Positions 21,819 through 33,717 of a DNA stretch of 64,000 nucleotides are shown here, piece after piece. The stretch lies in contig OY969474.1 in the NCBI GenBank assembly GCA_963700145.1, positions 1,568,001 through 1,632,000 of the forward strand. Direction: 5' to 3'. The DNA is from an uncultured Acidobacteriota bacterium. GTDB taxonomy: Bacteria > Acidobacteriota > Thermoanaerobaculia > Multivoradales > UBA5704. A program made the position numbers and the translations under genes. Each line of letters opens with the position of its first letter. Position 1 is the first letter of the stretch. Below the pieces are notes generated by a model. That model was given only the letters and a program-made list of their open reading frames with translations. It had not been told where the DNA came from and ran no database searches.

Positions 21819-22673
21819 ATGGAGCCATGTCCGTATCGGTCGCGCCGGCTGCGCGCGGCCACCCTCGCCGCCGCCGCCCTGCTGGCGGCCGCCACCCCCG
21901 CCCTCGCCCTCGACCTCAACGGCTTCCTGCCGGCCCGCGGCAGCGGCAGCCTGGCGTTCTCCGTCACCCGCGAGGGCTACGACGAGTTCTTCGTCGGCGA
22001 GACCAAGGTCTCCGACCCCGGCGTCGGGGAGGTGGACATCCAGACCATCTCCGTCTGGCTGCAGTGGGGGATCACCGACGACTTCGCCATCGTCGCCAAC
22101 GTGCCGTACGTCGATGCCGACTCCGACGGCCTGGGCGGCTTTTCGGAGAACGGCCTGCAGGACCTCGAAGTCCTCGGCAAGTACCGCTTCCTCCTGGTCG
22201 ACAGCGGCGCGACGCGCCACAGCCTCCTCGGGGCCCTCGGTGCGCGCATGCCGATCTCCGACTACGAGGCGAACCTGCCGGTGGACATCGGCGACGGCAC
22301 GACCGACGGCCTCGCTCGCCTGGTCTACCAGTTCGAGACCGGCCGCTTCTACTTCTCGCAGCAGGTGGGCTACGACCTGCGCGGCGACGACGCGCCGGAC
22401 GGCTTCCCGCTCTACACCGAGCTCGGCCTGACCCGCGGGCGGGTGACGGTGAGCGGCTTCTACTCGAACTACATCGCCGACGACGGCACCGACATCGGCG
22501 ACCCCGGCTTCACCTTCCCCAGCAACCAGGAGGAGTTCCAGCGCGGCGGGGGCAAGATCTACGCGCGGATCAGCGACCGCTTGGGCCTCTCGCTCGTCGG
22601 CTTCACCACCTTCGACGGCCGCAACACCGGCGACCTCTCGGGGTTCTCGGCGGGGATCAACGTCGACTTTTAA
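21819..22673 (+). CDS. Putative outer-membrane beta-barrel protein
   Basis: AAGGAGG RBS; signal peptide (ALA); alternating aromatic beta-strands; C-terminal Phe (GINVDF). Confidence 0.7.
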   Translation: MEPCPYRSRRLRAATLAAAALLAAATPALALDLNGFLPARGSGSLAFSVTREGYDEFFVGETKVSDPGVGEVDIQTISVWLQWGITDDFAIVANVPYVDADSDGLGGFSENGLQDLEVLGKYRFLLVDSGATRHSLLGALGARMPISDYEANLPVDIGDGTTDGLARLVYQFETGRFYFSQQVGYDLRGDDAPDGFPLYTELGLTRGRVTVSGFYSNYIADDGTDIGDPGFTFPSNQEEFQRGGGKIYARISDRLGLSLVGFTTFDGRNTGDLSGFSAGINVDF

Positions 22674-22717
22674 GATGAAACTCCAGGGGGGAGCGAGCGC
22701 ATAGACTCGCCGGCGGC

Positions 22718-24548
22718 GTGACCTCCCCCTTCCCCACCTTCCCCGACCTCCGCGCCTTCCTCGACCAGCTCCGCCGCGACGGCGACCTCGCCGTCGTCGA
22801 GGCGGAGGTCGACGCGCGGCTGGAGGCGGCGGAGGTCCACCGCCGGGTGATCGCCGCCGGCGGGCCGGCGCTCCTCTTCAACCGCGTGCGCGGCGCCGAC
22901 GTCCCGCTCGCCACCAACCTCTTCGGCACCGCGCGGCGCGCCGAGATGGCCTTCGGCAAGCGCCCGGTCGCGCTCGTCCGCCGCCTCGCCGAGCTGGCGC
23001 CCACGCCTGCTGCCGCCGACGCCGCGCAAGCTCTGGGGGGCGCGCGACCTCGGCCGCGAGGCGCTCCGCCTCGGCACTCGCCGCCGCCGCTCCGGGCCGG
23101 TGCGCGAGGTCGTCACCCGCGACGTGCGGCTCGACCGCCTGCCGGTCCTGACCTGCTGGCCCGAGGACGGCGGGCCGTTCGTCACCCTGCCGCTGGTCTA
23201 CACCGAGCATCCCGAAGGCCGCGGCCACAACCTCGCGGATCTACCGCCTGCAGGTCCACGACGCGGCGCACGACCGGCATGCACTGGCAGATCGGCAAGG
23301 GCGGCGGCTACCACTACGCGGTCGCCGAGGCGCGCGGCGAGGCGCTGCCGGTCACCGTCTTCCTCGGCGGGCCGCCGGCGCTCATCCTCGCCGCCGTCGC
23401 GCCGCTGCCCGAGAACGTCCCCGAGCTGCTGCTCGCCTCGCTCCTCGCCGGCCGCAAGCTCGACCTCGTGCCCCGGCCCCGGGCCCGCACCCGCTCGTCG
23501 CCGACGGCCGAGATCGCGCTCGTCGGGCGGGTGCCCGCCGCGCGTGCGCAAGCCCGAGGGGCCGTTCGGCGACCACTACGGCTACTACTCGCTGCGCCAC
23601 GACTACCCGGTCTTCGAGGTCGAGCGGCTGGCGCGGCGGCGCGACGCGATCTACCCGGCGACCGTCGTCGGCAAGCCGCGGCAGGAGGACTTCTTCATCG
23701 GCGACCTGCTGCAGGAGCTGCTGTCGCCGCTCTTCCCGCTGGTCATGCCGGCGGTCGAGGCGCTCTGGTCCTACGGCGAGACCGGCTACCACTCGCTCGC
23801 CGCGGCGGTCGTCAAGCAGCGCTACCCGCGCGAGGCGATGGCCGCCGCCTTCCGCATCCTCGGCGAGGGGCAGCTCTCGCTGACCAAGTTCCTGCTCGTG
23901 ACCGACCGGCCGGTCGACCTGCGCGACTTCCGCGCCACCCTCGAGCACCTGCTCGCGCGCACCCGCCCCGAGACCGACCTCTACGTCTTCGCCAACACCT
24001 CGATGGACACGCTCGACTACACCGGCCCGGAGGTGAACCGCGGCTCGAAGGGGGTCTGGCTGGGGCTGGGGGAGGCGGTGCGGGAGCTGCCGCGGGAGTT
24101 CCGGCCGGCGGTGCCGCCGCCGCCCGAGGTGACCGACGTGCGGGTCTTCTGCGGCGGCTGCCTCGTCGTCGGCAGCCTCCTCCCCTTCGCCGACCGACCC
24201 GGGCGCCGCCGCCCGCCTCGCCGCGCACCCGGCCTTCGCCGGCTGGCCGCTCCTCGTCCTGACCGACGAGCCGCGCCGCGCCGCCGCCTCGCCGATCAAC
24301 TTCCTGTGGACGACCTTCACCCGCTTCGAGCCCGCCGCCGACGTCCACGCCGCGCGCGTCGAGCTGCGCGGCAACCACGTCGCCTACACGCCGCCGGTCC
24401 TCATCGACGCGCGCCTCAAGCCCTGGTTCCCGCGCGAGCTCTCCGCCGACCCCGACACCGCCGCCCTGGTCACGCGCCGCTGGCGCGAGTACTTCCCCGC
24501 CGGCGGCGTCGAGATGGGCGACTCGGAGTCCGCCCACCTGGACCCCGC

Positions 24549-24552
<4 letters not shown>
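22718..24552 (+). pseudogene. UbiD family decarboxylase, multiply frameshifted
   Basis: DLRAFL..L...GDL, GGPALLF, TNLFGT, WPEDGGPFVTLPLV, MHWQIGKGG, PEGPFGDHYGYYS, VVGKPRQED, DTLDY..P...GSK spread over three frames. Confidence 0.85.
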
Positions 24553-25848
<1,296 letters not shown>

Positions 25849-25853
25849 CTCTC

Positions 25854-28124
25854 CTATCTGCCTTCCAGGATCGCCGTCGCCTTGTCCACCTGCCGCGCGA
25901 AGCCTTCCAGCACCTTCGCCACCACCGCCGCCTGCTCCTCGGCCTCGCGCCAGCGGCGCAGCTCGATCGCCTCGCGCACCGCCGGCAGGGTCTTGACGCC
26001 GTAGCCGGTGTACTGCCCGGGGGCGTAGACCTGGTGGCGGTACCAGGGGCGGCCGGGGAGCCCCTGGTCGCGGGTCAGCGCCCGCTCGCTGGTCATGTGC
26101 AGCCGGTCGAGGGCGGCGCGCTGGTCGGGGGTGAGCGCACGCCCCGACGCGGCCTGCGCGTCGCGCGCCTTGGTCCAGCGCCCGACGCTCTCCTCCAGCG
26201 CCGCCGCCGCGTTCTGCAGCGGCGCGAGGTTCAGGTGCGGCACCGGCGCCAGCGGCTTCGGCACCACCCAGGTCTGCGTCGGGTCGTCGAAGAGCTCGAA
26301 GGTGCGGCCCTCGATCCGGCGGTTGCGCTCGGCGGTCTCCTCGCGCAGGTCGTCGGCGAGCTTCCCCACCTCCTTGACGTAGGTCCCGACCGCCTCGGCG
26401 AGCGGCGCGAAGTCGAAGGGCAGCACCTCGGACTGCGCCAGCCGCAGCACCGTCCGCCCGCCCACCTTGGCGAGCGCCACGCCGTAGGCGAAGGTCGGGT
26501 CGCCGAAGCGCAGGTAGTGGTCGAAGGAGTCGTAGATCGAGTGGTACTGCCCGTACTGCTCCTCGCCGCCGAAGCCGAGGTCGAGCGAGGCGATGCCGAG
26601 GTGCTGGAGGAACGGGGTGTAGTCCGAGCCCGAGCCCAGCGGGTAGAGCGGCAGGGGCTTGCCGGAGGAGGCCGCCTTCTTCGCCTCGGGCGGCCCGGCG
26701 AGCGCCAGGTAGGCGCGCAGCCGGTCGCCCACGCTGGCGCTCTTCTGCGGGTCGGGGACGTCGCGCGCCACCTGGTTCATCAGTGTCTGCAGGGTGTGCG
26801 AGCCGCCCATGCCGAGGAAGCCGCGCAAGTTGCTGTCGGAGTTGATGTAGGCGACGGCCTTCTTGCGCAGCTCGGCGGCGTGGGTCTCGGCCCACTCGAC
26901 CGAGCCCAGCAGCCCCGGCTCTTCGGCGTCCCAGCCGGCGTAGACGATGGTGCGGCGCGGCCGGAAGCCGGCCTTCGCCAGCTCGCCGACGGCGCGCGCT
27001 TCGGCGAGCACCGCGACCATCCCGGAGACCGGGTCGGTGGCGCCGTTGACCCAGCCGTCGTGGTGGTTGCCGCGCACGATCCACTGGTCGGGCAGCTCGG
27101 CGCCGGGGAGCTTGGCGACCACGTCGTAGGCGGTCGCCAGGTCCCAGTTGAAGGCGAGCTGGAGGTGGACGCGCGCCGGCCCGGGCCCGAGGTGGTAGGG
27201 CACCGGCAGCGCGCCGCGCCACTCTTCGGGCGCCATCGGGCCGCCGATCGCGCGCAGCAGCGGCAGGGCGTCGGCGTAGGAGATCGGCAGGACCGGGATC
27301 TTGGTCAGCGTCTTCGCCTCGGAGACCTTGAGCCGCTTGGCGTTCTTGGTGGCGCCGACGAACGGGGTCAGCGGGTCGCCGGAGTGGAGCGGCATGTCGG
27401 CCACCGACCCGCGCTGCACGCTGTGTTCGGAGCGCCAGCCGCCCTGCGGGTAGACGTCACCCCACCAGTAGCCGTCGCCGCTCGGGTCGCTGAAGATGAT
27501 GCAGCCGACGGCGCCGTGCTCGGCCGCCACCTTCGGCTTGATGCCGCGCCACGAGCCGTAGTAACGGGCGATGACGATCTTGCCCTTGACGTCGATGCCG
27601 CGCCGCTCCAGCTCCTCGTAGTCCTTGGGCACGCCGTAGTTGACGTAGACGAGGTCGCCGGTGACGTCGCCGTCGATCGAGTAGGCGTTGTAGGGCGGGA
27701 GCTGCTCGGCCGCCTGGCCGGAGGTCGCGTCCTCCGGCAGCGCCGGCTCGGTGAGCGTGGCGGTGAACGGCGTCGGCGCCACCATCTCCAGGCGGCGCAG
27801 CTTGGGCGTCGGGAAGAGGACGTGGAACTCCTCCAGCGCGGTCTGGTAGCCCCAGGAGCGGAAGAGCCCGGCCATGAACTCGGCGTTCTCCTTGCCCCAC
27901 GGCGACCCGACCGGGTGCGGGTGGGCGGTGAGGCGGCGCATCCACTCCTTGAGGTCCTCGGCCTTGAGCGCCGCGTCGAAGCGCGCCTCCAGCTCGCGCT
28001 GCGCGGCGGCGGCCTCGGGGCCGAAGCCGAGGAGCGGCCCCGGGGCGGGCGGCGGGGCGGCGCCGAGCGCGAGCAGCGCGGCGGTGAGGACGAGCGGGAC
28101 GGCGAGCGGCGGGCGTCGGCGCAT
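25854..28124 (-). CDS. M28 peptidase with PA and transferrin-receptor-like dimerisation domains
   Basis: Signal peptide; LVYVNYG..DY, GNHHDGWVNGATDPVSG, WDAEEPGLLGSVEW, GSGSDY, YHSIYD, GLPGRPWYRH. Confidence 0.94.
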   Translation of the reverse strand: MRRRPPLAVPLVLTAALLALGAAPPPAPGPLLGFGPEAAAAQRELEARFDAALKAEDLKEWMRRLTAHPHPVGSPWGKENAEFMAGLFRSWGYQTALEEFHVLFPTPKLRRLEMVAPTPFTATLTEPALPEDATSGQAAEQLPPYNAYSIDGDVTGDLVYVNYGVPKDYEELERRGIDVKGKIVIARYYGSWRGIKPKVAAEHGAVGCIIFSDPSGDGYWWGDVYPQGGWRSEHSVQRGSVADMPLHSGDPLTPFVGATKNAKRLKVSEAKTLTKIPVLPISYADALPLLRAIGGPMAPEEWRGALPVPYHLGPGPARVHLQLAFNWDLATAYDVVAKLPGAELPDQWIVRGNHHDGWVNGATDPVSGMVAVLAEARAVGELAKAGFRPRRTIVYAGWDAEEPGLLGSVEWAETHAAELRKKAVAYINSDSNLRGFLGMGGSHTLQTLMNQVARDVPDPQKSASVGDRLRAYLALAGPPEAKKAASSGKPLPLYPLGSGSDYTPFLQHLGIASLDLGFGGEEQYGQYHSIYDSFDHYLRFGDPTFAYGVALAKVGGRTVLRLAQSEVLPFDFAPLAEAVGTYVKEVGKLADDLREETAERNRRIEGRTFELFDDPTQTWVVPKPLAPVPHLNLAPLQNAAAALEESVGRWTKARDAQAASGRALTPDQRAALDRLHMTSERALTRDQGLPGRPWYRHQVYAPGQYTGYGVKTLPAVREAIELRRWREAEEQAAVVAKVLEGFARQVDKATAILEGR

Positions 28125-28198
28125 CGGGGCTCCTTTTTCGAGGCGGGCGAAAGGCGCGGGGATTGTAGCGCGGGGACTGTGGCATTCTCCGCGGTGCG

Positions 28199-29125
28199 AT
28201 GAACACGACACCGACAGCGGACAACGGCGGCGGCGCGGCCTGGCCGGAGCTGACGCTCGCCGGGCAGCAGGACACCTACGACACGCTCCACATGTGGACG
28301 CAGGTAGTGGGCAAGGTGCGGCTCAAGCTCGCGCCGCTCATCAACCACTGGTGGCAGGTGACGCTCTACGTCACGCCGCGCGGGTTCACCACCTCGGCGA
28401 TTCCTTACGGCACGCGCGCCTTCGCGATCGACTTCGACTTCCTCGACGACGTGCTGCGCATCGCGACGAGCGGCGGGGACGTTCGCACCGTCCCCCTCCG
28501 GCCGCAGCCGGTGGCGGAGTTCTACGGCGAGACGATGGCCGCCCTCCAGTCGCTGGGGCTGGCGGTCAAGATCTGGCCGGTGCCCTCCGAGGTGCCAGAC
28601 CCCATCCGCTTCGACCAGGACCGCACGCACACGGCCTACGACCCCGAGGCGGCCCGGCGCTTCTGGCGCGTCTTGGTGCAGGCCGAGCGGGTGCTCACCG
28701 ACTTCCGCGCCCGCTTCCTCGGCAAGGTCAGCCCGGTCCACTTCTTCTGGGGGGGCTTCGACCTGGCGGTGACCCGCTTCTCCGGGCGGCGCGCGCCGCA
28801 GCACGGGCCGGTGCCGAACATCCCCGACTTCGTGGTGCAGGAGGCCTACTCCCACGAGGTCAGCAGCCTCGGCTTCTGGCTCGGCGCCGGCGTGTCCGAG
28901 CCGGTCTTCTACGCCTACGCCTATCCCGAGCCGGAGGGCTTCAAGGAGGCGAAGGTGGCGCCGGACGCCGCCTTCTACAGCCCGGACTTCGGCGAGTTCC
29001 TGCTCCCCTACGAAGCGGTGCGCACCGCCGCCTCCCCCGACGCGGCGCTCCTCGCCTTCGCGCAGAGCACCTACGAGGCCGCCGCCGACTGCGCCCGCTG
29101 GGACCGCGCGGCGCTCGAGCGGTAA
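28199..29125 (+). CDS. DUF5996-like conserved protein
   Basis: TLHMWTQVVGKVRL..P.INHWW, F.GKVSPVHFFWGGFDLAVTRFSG, EAYSHEVSS.GFW, FYAYAYPEP. Confidence 0.85.
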   Translation: MNTTPTADNGGGAAWPELTLAGQQDTYDTLHMWTQVVGKVRLKLAPLINHWWQVTLYVTPRGFTTSAIPYGTRAFAIDFDFLDDVLRIATSGGDVRTVPLRPQPVAEFYGETMAALQSLGLAVKIWPVPSEVPDPIRFDQDRTHTAYDPEAARRFWRVLVQAERVLTDFRARFLGKVSPVHFFWGGFDLAVTRFSGRRAPQHGPVPNIPDFVVQEAYSHEVSSLGFWLGAGVSEPVFYAYAYPEPEGFKEAKVAPDAAFYSPDFGEFLLPYEAVRTAASPDAALLAFAQSTYEAAADCARWDRAALER

Positions 29126-29139
29126 CCCGCCGCTCGGCG

Positions 29140-29625
29140 ATGCTCTTCCTCAAGAACCTTCTCTTCACGCTCGTGGTGCCCGGGACGGTCGTGGTGCTGA
29201 TCCCCGCCTGGGTGCTGCGCAAGTCCGGCGAAGGCTGGCCCGCGCGCTGGGGCACGCCGCAGCTGCTGGCGCTCGTGCCGCTCGCCGCCGGGCTCGCCAT
29301 CCTCCTGCGCTGCATCTGGGAGTTCGGCAGCCGGGGGCGCGGCACGCCGGCGCCGATCGACCCGCCGAAGGAGCTGGTGGTCAGCGGCCTCTACCGCTAC
29401 GTGCGCAACCCGATGTACGTAGGGGTGCTGCTGATCCTGCTCGGCGAGGCGCTGTTCTTCGCGTCGCGCCCGCTCCTCGCCTACGCCGCCGTCTGGTGGC
29501 TCACCGTCCACCTGTTCGTGCTGGTCTACGAGGAGCCGACCCTCGCCCGCAGCTTCGGCGACTCCTACGCCCGCTACCGGCGGGCCGTCCGGCGCTGGGT
29601 GCCGGGAAAGCGCTACGCCGGCTAG
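29140..29625 (+). CDS. Isoprenylcysteine carboxyl methyltransferase/PEMT family membrane protein
   Basis: GRGTPAPIDPPKELVVSGLYRYVRNPMY, EEPTL...FG..Y..Y...V.RW. Confidence 0.92.
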   Translation: MLFLKNLLFTLVVPGTVVVLIPAWVLRKSGEGWPARWGTPQLLALVPLAAGLAILLRCIWEFGSRGRGTPAPIDPPKELVVSGLYRYVRNPMYVGVLLILLGEALFFASRPLLAYAAVWWLTVHLFVLVYEEPTLARSFGDSYARYRRAVRRWVPGKRYAG

Positions 29626-29629
29626 GGGG

Positions 29630-30308
29630 TTAGCGCGCGGCCGGCGGCGCGGATCGCCGGCACCACGACCACGCGCACCCCTTGCGGCGGTTCCTCGACG
29701 GCCTGCGACCAGCGCCGCGATCATCTGCCGCAGCGTCACCAGCCCGAGCCGGCGCGCCGTGGCGCGCGTCGCGGGGAGCCGCTCGAGGACGGCGTAGGCG
29801 GGGATCGCGAGGTAGGCCCAGCGGTGCCCCGGCCCGAGCACGTACCAGGGGCGGAGGAAGGTGGCGCCGCGCGGCGGCCGGTCGTAGCCGGCGGCGGCGA
29901 TCCGCGCCTCGCACTCGGCGCGCACGGCGAGGTAGGCCTTCATCACCGGCGCCGGATGGGCCGCCGAGAGGTAGACGAAGTGCCGCGCGCCGGCGGTCTC
30001 GGCGGCGGCCAGCGCCGCCCGACCGACACGGCGTCCACCTCCCGGAACTGGCGCGCCTTCCACGGCGCCGGATGGGCGGTGCCGACGAGGTGGACGAAGG
30101 TGTCGGCGGCCGGCACGCGGGCGGCGAAGGACGACGCGTCGAGCGCGTTGCCGAGGAGCACCTCGCAGCCGTCCGGCAGCTTCCCCTCCGAGCCCGCCCG
30201 CGCCAGCGCCGCGACCCGATGCCCGCGCGCCAGCAGCGCCGGGATCAGCCGCCGCCCCAGATAGCCGGTCCCGCCGGTGACGAAGAGAGAGCGCCGCGCC
30301 GCTTGCAC
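29630..30308 (-). pseudogene. NAD(P)-binding SDR/epimerase-like protein, frameshifted
   Basis: FVTGGTGYLG Rossmann motif, VHLVGT, HFVYLS, LRPWYVLGPGH in different frames. Confidence 0.8.
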
Positions 30309-30356
30309 ACCCACGTCTACGCGCGCGCCGGCCGTGCGGATGAGTCGGACGAGCTC

Positions 30357-30371
30357 TGGCACCGTCCTTGC
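30357..30371 (+). promoter_or_regulatory. Sigma-54 (-24/-12) promoter
   Basis: TGGCACCGTCCTTGC matches TGGCAC-N5-TTGC, 70 bp before ATG 30441. Confidence 0.75.
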
Positions 30372-30440
30372 GATGCTTCTTTGGTGAACTGTGCTGCAAC
30401 GCCGCGGCGCTGAGATTTCCACACCTAGGAGGAAGCCATC

Positions 30441-31001
30441 ATGAGAGACGAGAGCAAGTTCACCACGGGCAGCGGCACGACCACCCTGACCGAAGACGAA
30501 GTCCATCCCGAGCATCACGACCTCAACCGCGACCCGATCACCGGCGAGCCGGGCTCCCACCCGGTCGGCACCGGCGTCGGCGCCGTGGCGGGCGGGGCGA
30601 CGGGCGCCGCGGTGGGCGCCGCGGCAGGCCCGGTGGGCGCTGTCGTGGGCGGCACCGTCGGCGCGATCGTCGGGGGTCTCGCCGGGCACGGCGTGGCCGA
30701 GCAGGTGAACCCGACGGTCGAGGACGCCTACTGGCGGGAGAACTACAAGAGCCGCGAGTACGTCCAGCGCAACCGGCCGTACGAGGAGTACCAGCCGGCC
30801 TACCGCTACGGCTGGGAGTCGCGCTCGAAGTACGCCGGCCGCCAGTGGGACGACAAGCTGGAGCAGGACCTGGAGCGCGGCTGGGACAAGGCCAAGGGGA
30901 CGTCCGGCATGGCCTGGCACGAGGCCAAGTCCGCGACGCGCGACGCTTGGCATCGCGTCGAGCGGGCCCTCCCCGGCGACGCCGACCGCGACGGCCGCTA
31001 G
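30441..31001 (+). CDS. Glycine-zipper stress-type protein
   Basis: AGGAGG RBS; NRDPITGEPGSHPVGTG, GA-rich zipper, EDAYWRENY, YQPAYRYG, W..AK.A.RDAW.R. Confidence 0.8.
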   Translation: MRDESKFTTGSGTTTLTEDEVHPEHHDLNRDPITGEPGSHPVGTGVGAVAGGATGAAVGAAAGPVGAVVGGTVGAIVGGLAGHGVAEQVNPTVEDAYWRENYKSREYVQRNRPYEEYQPAYRYGWESRSKYAGRQWDDKLEQDLERGWDKAKGTSGMAWHEAKSATRDAWHRVERALPGDADRDGR

Positions 31002-31025
31002 CTCGGGCCGCCGTTCCGCAGGATC

Positions 31026-31057
31026 GAGGGGGCGCTCCCGCGCCCCCTCCGCTTTTC
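31026..31057 (+). terminator. Intrinsic terminator
   Basis: GAGGGGGCG-CTCCCG-CGCCCCCTC stem followed by CGCTTTT. Confidence 0.65.
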
Positions 31058-31068
31058 ATGCCGCGCCG

Positions 31069-32050
31069 CTAGTCGTCCTCGAGCAGCCCCTTCTCCCGCA
31101 GCCACTCTTCGTTGAGCTTCGAGAGGTAGCGCTCGCCCGAGTCGGGGAAGAGGGTGACGACGATCGCGTCGTCGGGGAGGGTGCGGGCCACCCGGCGGGC
31201 GCCTTCGGCGGCGGCGCCGGAGGAGGAGCCGACGAAGATCGACTCCTTGCGCGCCAGGTCGAAGGTGGCGCGGTAGGCGCTCTCTGTCGTCGACGGTGAC
31301 GATCTCGTCGATGTAGTCCCACCAGACCGTGCCCGGCATGAAGTCCTCGCCGATGCCGTCGATCAGGTACTGGTGGATCTGCTCCGCCGGCGGCAGCGCG
31401 CCGTGCTCCTTGTAGTAGGCGTAGACGCTGCCGACGGTGTCGACGCCGACGACGCGGATCGCCGGGTTCTGCTCCTTCAGGTACTTGGCGGCGCCGCTGA
31501 TCGTGCCGCCGGTCCCCACGCCGACCACCCAGTGGGTGATGCGGCCGTCGGTCTGCCGCCAGACCTCGGGGCCGGTCGTCTCGTAGTGCGCCTGCGGGTT
31601 GGCCTGGTTGTAGTACTGGTACGGGAGGTAGGCCCCCTCTTCGTCGCGGATCCGCTCGGCCGTTTTGTAATAAGAGCGCGGGTCGTCGGCCTCGACGTTC
31701 GTCGGGCAGGTGATGACCTTGGCGCCGAAGGCCTCGAGCAGCGCGATCTTCTCCTTCGGGATCTTGTCGGCGGCGGTGCAGACGAGCTTGTAGCCCTTGA
31801 GGTTCGCCGCCATCGCCAGCCCCACGCCGGTGTTGCCCGAGGTGGGCTCGACGATTGTGCCGCCGGGCTTGAGCGCCCCGGAGCGCTCGCCGGCCTCGAT
31901 CATCGCCGGGCCGATCCGGTCCTTGACGCTCGAGCCGGGGTTGAAGTACTCGACCTTGGCGGCCAGCAGCGCCCCCTGTGGGTGGAAGCGGCGCAACGCC
32001 ACCAGCGGCGTGTTGCCCATCGTCTCGAGGATGTCGGCGTGGATCTCCAT
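31069..32050 (-). CDS. Cystathionine beta-synthase/cysteine synthase family PLP enzyme (one frameshift near 31283)
   Basis: GNTPLV, KVEYFNPGSSVKDRIG, EPTSGNTG, GTGGTISG, DGIG; C-terminal FPDSGERYLSK continues in another frame; span is 3n+1. Confidence 0.9.
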
Positions 32051-32070
32051 GGCTCTCCGGTAGCGCAGTG

Positions 32071-33162
32071 TCAGGGGAGGAAAGGCGCCGCCAGCGTCGC
32101 GACCTCGTTCTCGGCGAAGCGGGCGCGTGAGAGGTTGGTGAGCACCGCCACCGCCACCCGCGCGTCGGGGTAGACGAGGAGGAAGGCGCGCCCCCCTTCG
32201 ATCGTCCCCCCGTGGTGGAGGATGCGGCGGCCGGCGGCGTCGGCGCCGATCCGCCAGGCGATCCCCACACCGGTCTCCTTGCCGTCGGCGGTCGCTTGCG
32301 AGGTGAAGAGGAGCTTGCGAGTCTCGGGGCGCAGGAAGCCGTCGGCGAGATGGGCCGAGGCGAAGCGCACGAGGTCCGGCGCCGTCGAGAGCAGGCCGCC
32401 CGAGGGCCACTTGTAGCTGCTGTCGATCGGTTGCTCGTTCTGGAAGCCGCCCCCCTCGGCCGCGGCGTACGGCCGGGCGCGGCGCTCGACGATTCGCTCG
32501 ACGTCGTCGGCTTGAGTGCCGGCGAGCCCGAGCGGCGCGAGGACCCCCTCCTCGAGCGCGGCGAGGAACTTCCGCCCGGCGGCGGCCTCGGCGACGGCGC
32601 CGAGCAGGTTGTAGCCGTAGCTCGAGTAGAGGTAAGCCGAGCCCGGCGCGTGGGCCAACGGGTCGGCGCGGAAGATCGCGAGCCCTTCGCCGAGGCTCGC
32701 GTAGCGCTTGACCGGGAGCAGGAAGTCGGCCGGCAGGTAGTGGCGGATCCCGGCGAGGTGGCCGGCGAGCTGCCGCGCGGTGATCGGCTGCCCCTTGTCG
32801 GGAAACTCGGGCAGGTAGCGTTGGATGGGGGCGTCGAGGTCGAGCTTCCCCGCCTCGACGAGCCGGGCGACCAGGGCGGCGGTGAAGAGCTTCGAGACGC
32901 TGCCGATGCGGAAGCGGGTGTCCGGCGTCGCCGCCACCTTCTGCTCGAGGTCGGCCCAGCCGAACCCCTCCGCCCAGACCAGGGTGCCGTCCACCGCCAC
33001 GGCGGCGGCGAGGCCGGGGGATCCCACCTGCTCGCGCAACGCTGCGGCGGCCGCGTGCGCGGCGGCGGCGGCCGGAGGCGCGCTCGCCGCCGGGGCCTGC
33101 GCCGCCGCGGCGCCCGTGAGGAGCGCGAGGAGCAGGGCTGCCGCGAGGCGTCGGATGGTCAT
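32071..33162 (-). CDS. Serine hydrolase (beta-lactamase class C/AmpC-like family)
   Basis: Signal peptide; FRIGSVSK (SxxK), YLYSSYGY, HHGG. Confidence 0.92.
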   Translation of the reverse strand: MTIRRLAAALLLALLTGAAAAQAPAASAPPAAAAAHAAAAALREQVGSPGLAAAVAVDGTLVWAEGFGWADLEQKVAATPDTRFRIGSVSKLFTAALVARLVEAGKLDLDAPIQRYLPEFPDKGQPITARQLAGHLAGIRHYLPADFLLPVKRYASLGEGLAIFRADPLAHAPGSAYLYSSYGYNLLGAVAEAAAGRKFLAALEEGVLAPLGLAGTQADDVERIVERRARPYAAAEGGGFQNEQPIDSSYKWPSGGLLSTAPDLVRFASAHLADGFLRPETRKLLFTSQATADGKETGVGIAWRIGADAAGRRILHHGGTIEGGRAFLLVYPDARVAVAVLTNLSRARFAENEVATLAAPFLP

Positions 33163-33716
33163 GTGTCGGGGTCCCACTCCGGCTCGGGGTCGATCCCCAG
33201 GCCGTCGGAGAGGCGATTGTAGTAGTTGAAGAAGCCGACCACCTGGGCGATCGTGAGGATCGCGGCGTCGTCGAAGCCGGCGGCGCGCAGCGCCTCGACG
33301 TCGGCGGCGGTGACCTCGCGCGGCGTCAGGGTGAGCTTGCGCGCATAGGCGAGCATGGCGCGGTCGGCGGGTGTGAGATCTCCTTCACCCTCTTCGGCCG
33401 CCGCCGCCAACCGCTCCCCCGCTTCGCCCGCGACCTCGGCCCGGAGGTCGTCCGCGTGCGCGCGGGTTCAGTAGTGGCAGTCGTTGGCGCGCGAGACGGC
33501 GACGGCGATCATCTCGCGCTGGGCGCGGCTGAGCGGGCCGCCGGGGGCGAGCATCAACCGCCGGTAGAGCTCGATCGAGGCCTCCAGCACCTCCGGCTGC
33601 AGGCCCTGCAGGCGCACCACGTTGAAGACCTTGCCGGCGCGCGCCAGCGCCTCGTCGTAGAGACGGCGCAGCGTCCCTTGCGCCTCGTCGGGGGGGATGG
33701 TGCGGATCCAGGCCAC
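33159..33716 (-). CDS. AhpD/CMD-family peroxidase-related selenoprotein (Sec at TGA 33468-33470, CxxU motif)
   Basis: 82-aa ORF ends REMIAVAVSRANDCHY-TGA; same frame continues TRAHADDLR...YARKLT.TP..V...DVEALRAAGFDD...VGFFNYYNR; together a complete 185-aa AhpD-like protein. Confidence 0.85.
33426..33467 (-). promoter_or_regulatory. Putative bacterial SECIS element
   Basis: After UGA: ACCCGCGCGCACGCGGA-CGACCUC-CGGGCC-GAGGUCG-CGGGC; 7-bp stem, loop starts 24 nt after UGA, G at second loop position. Confidence 0.65.
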
Positions 33717-33717
33717 G

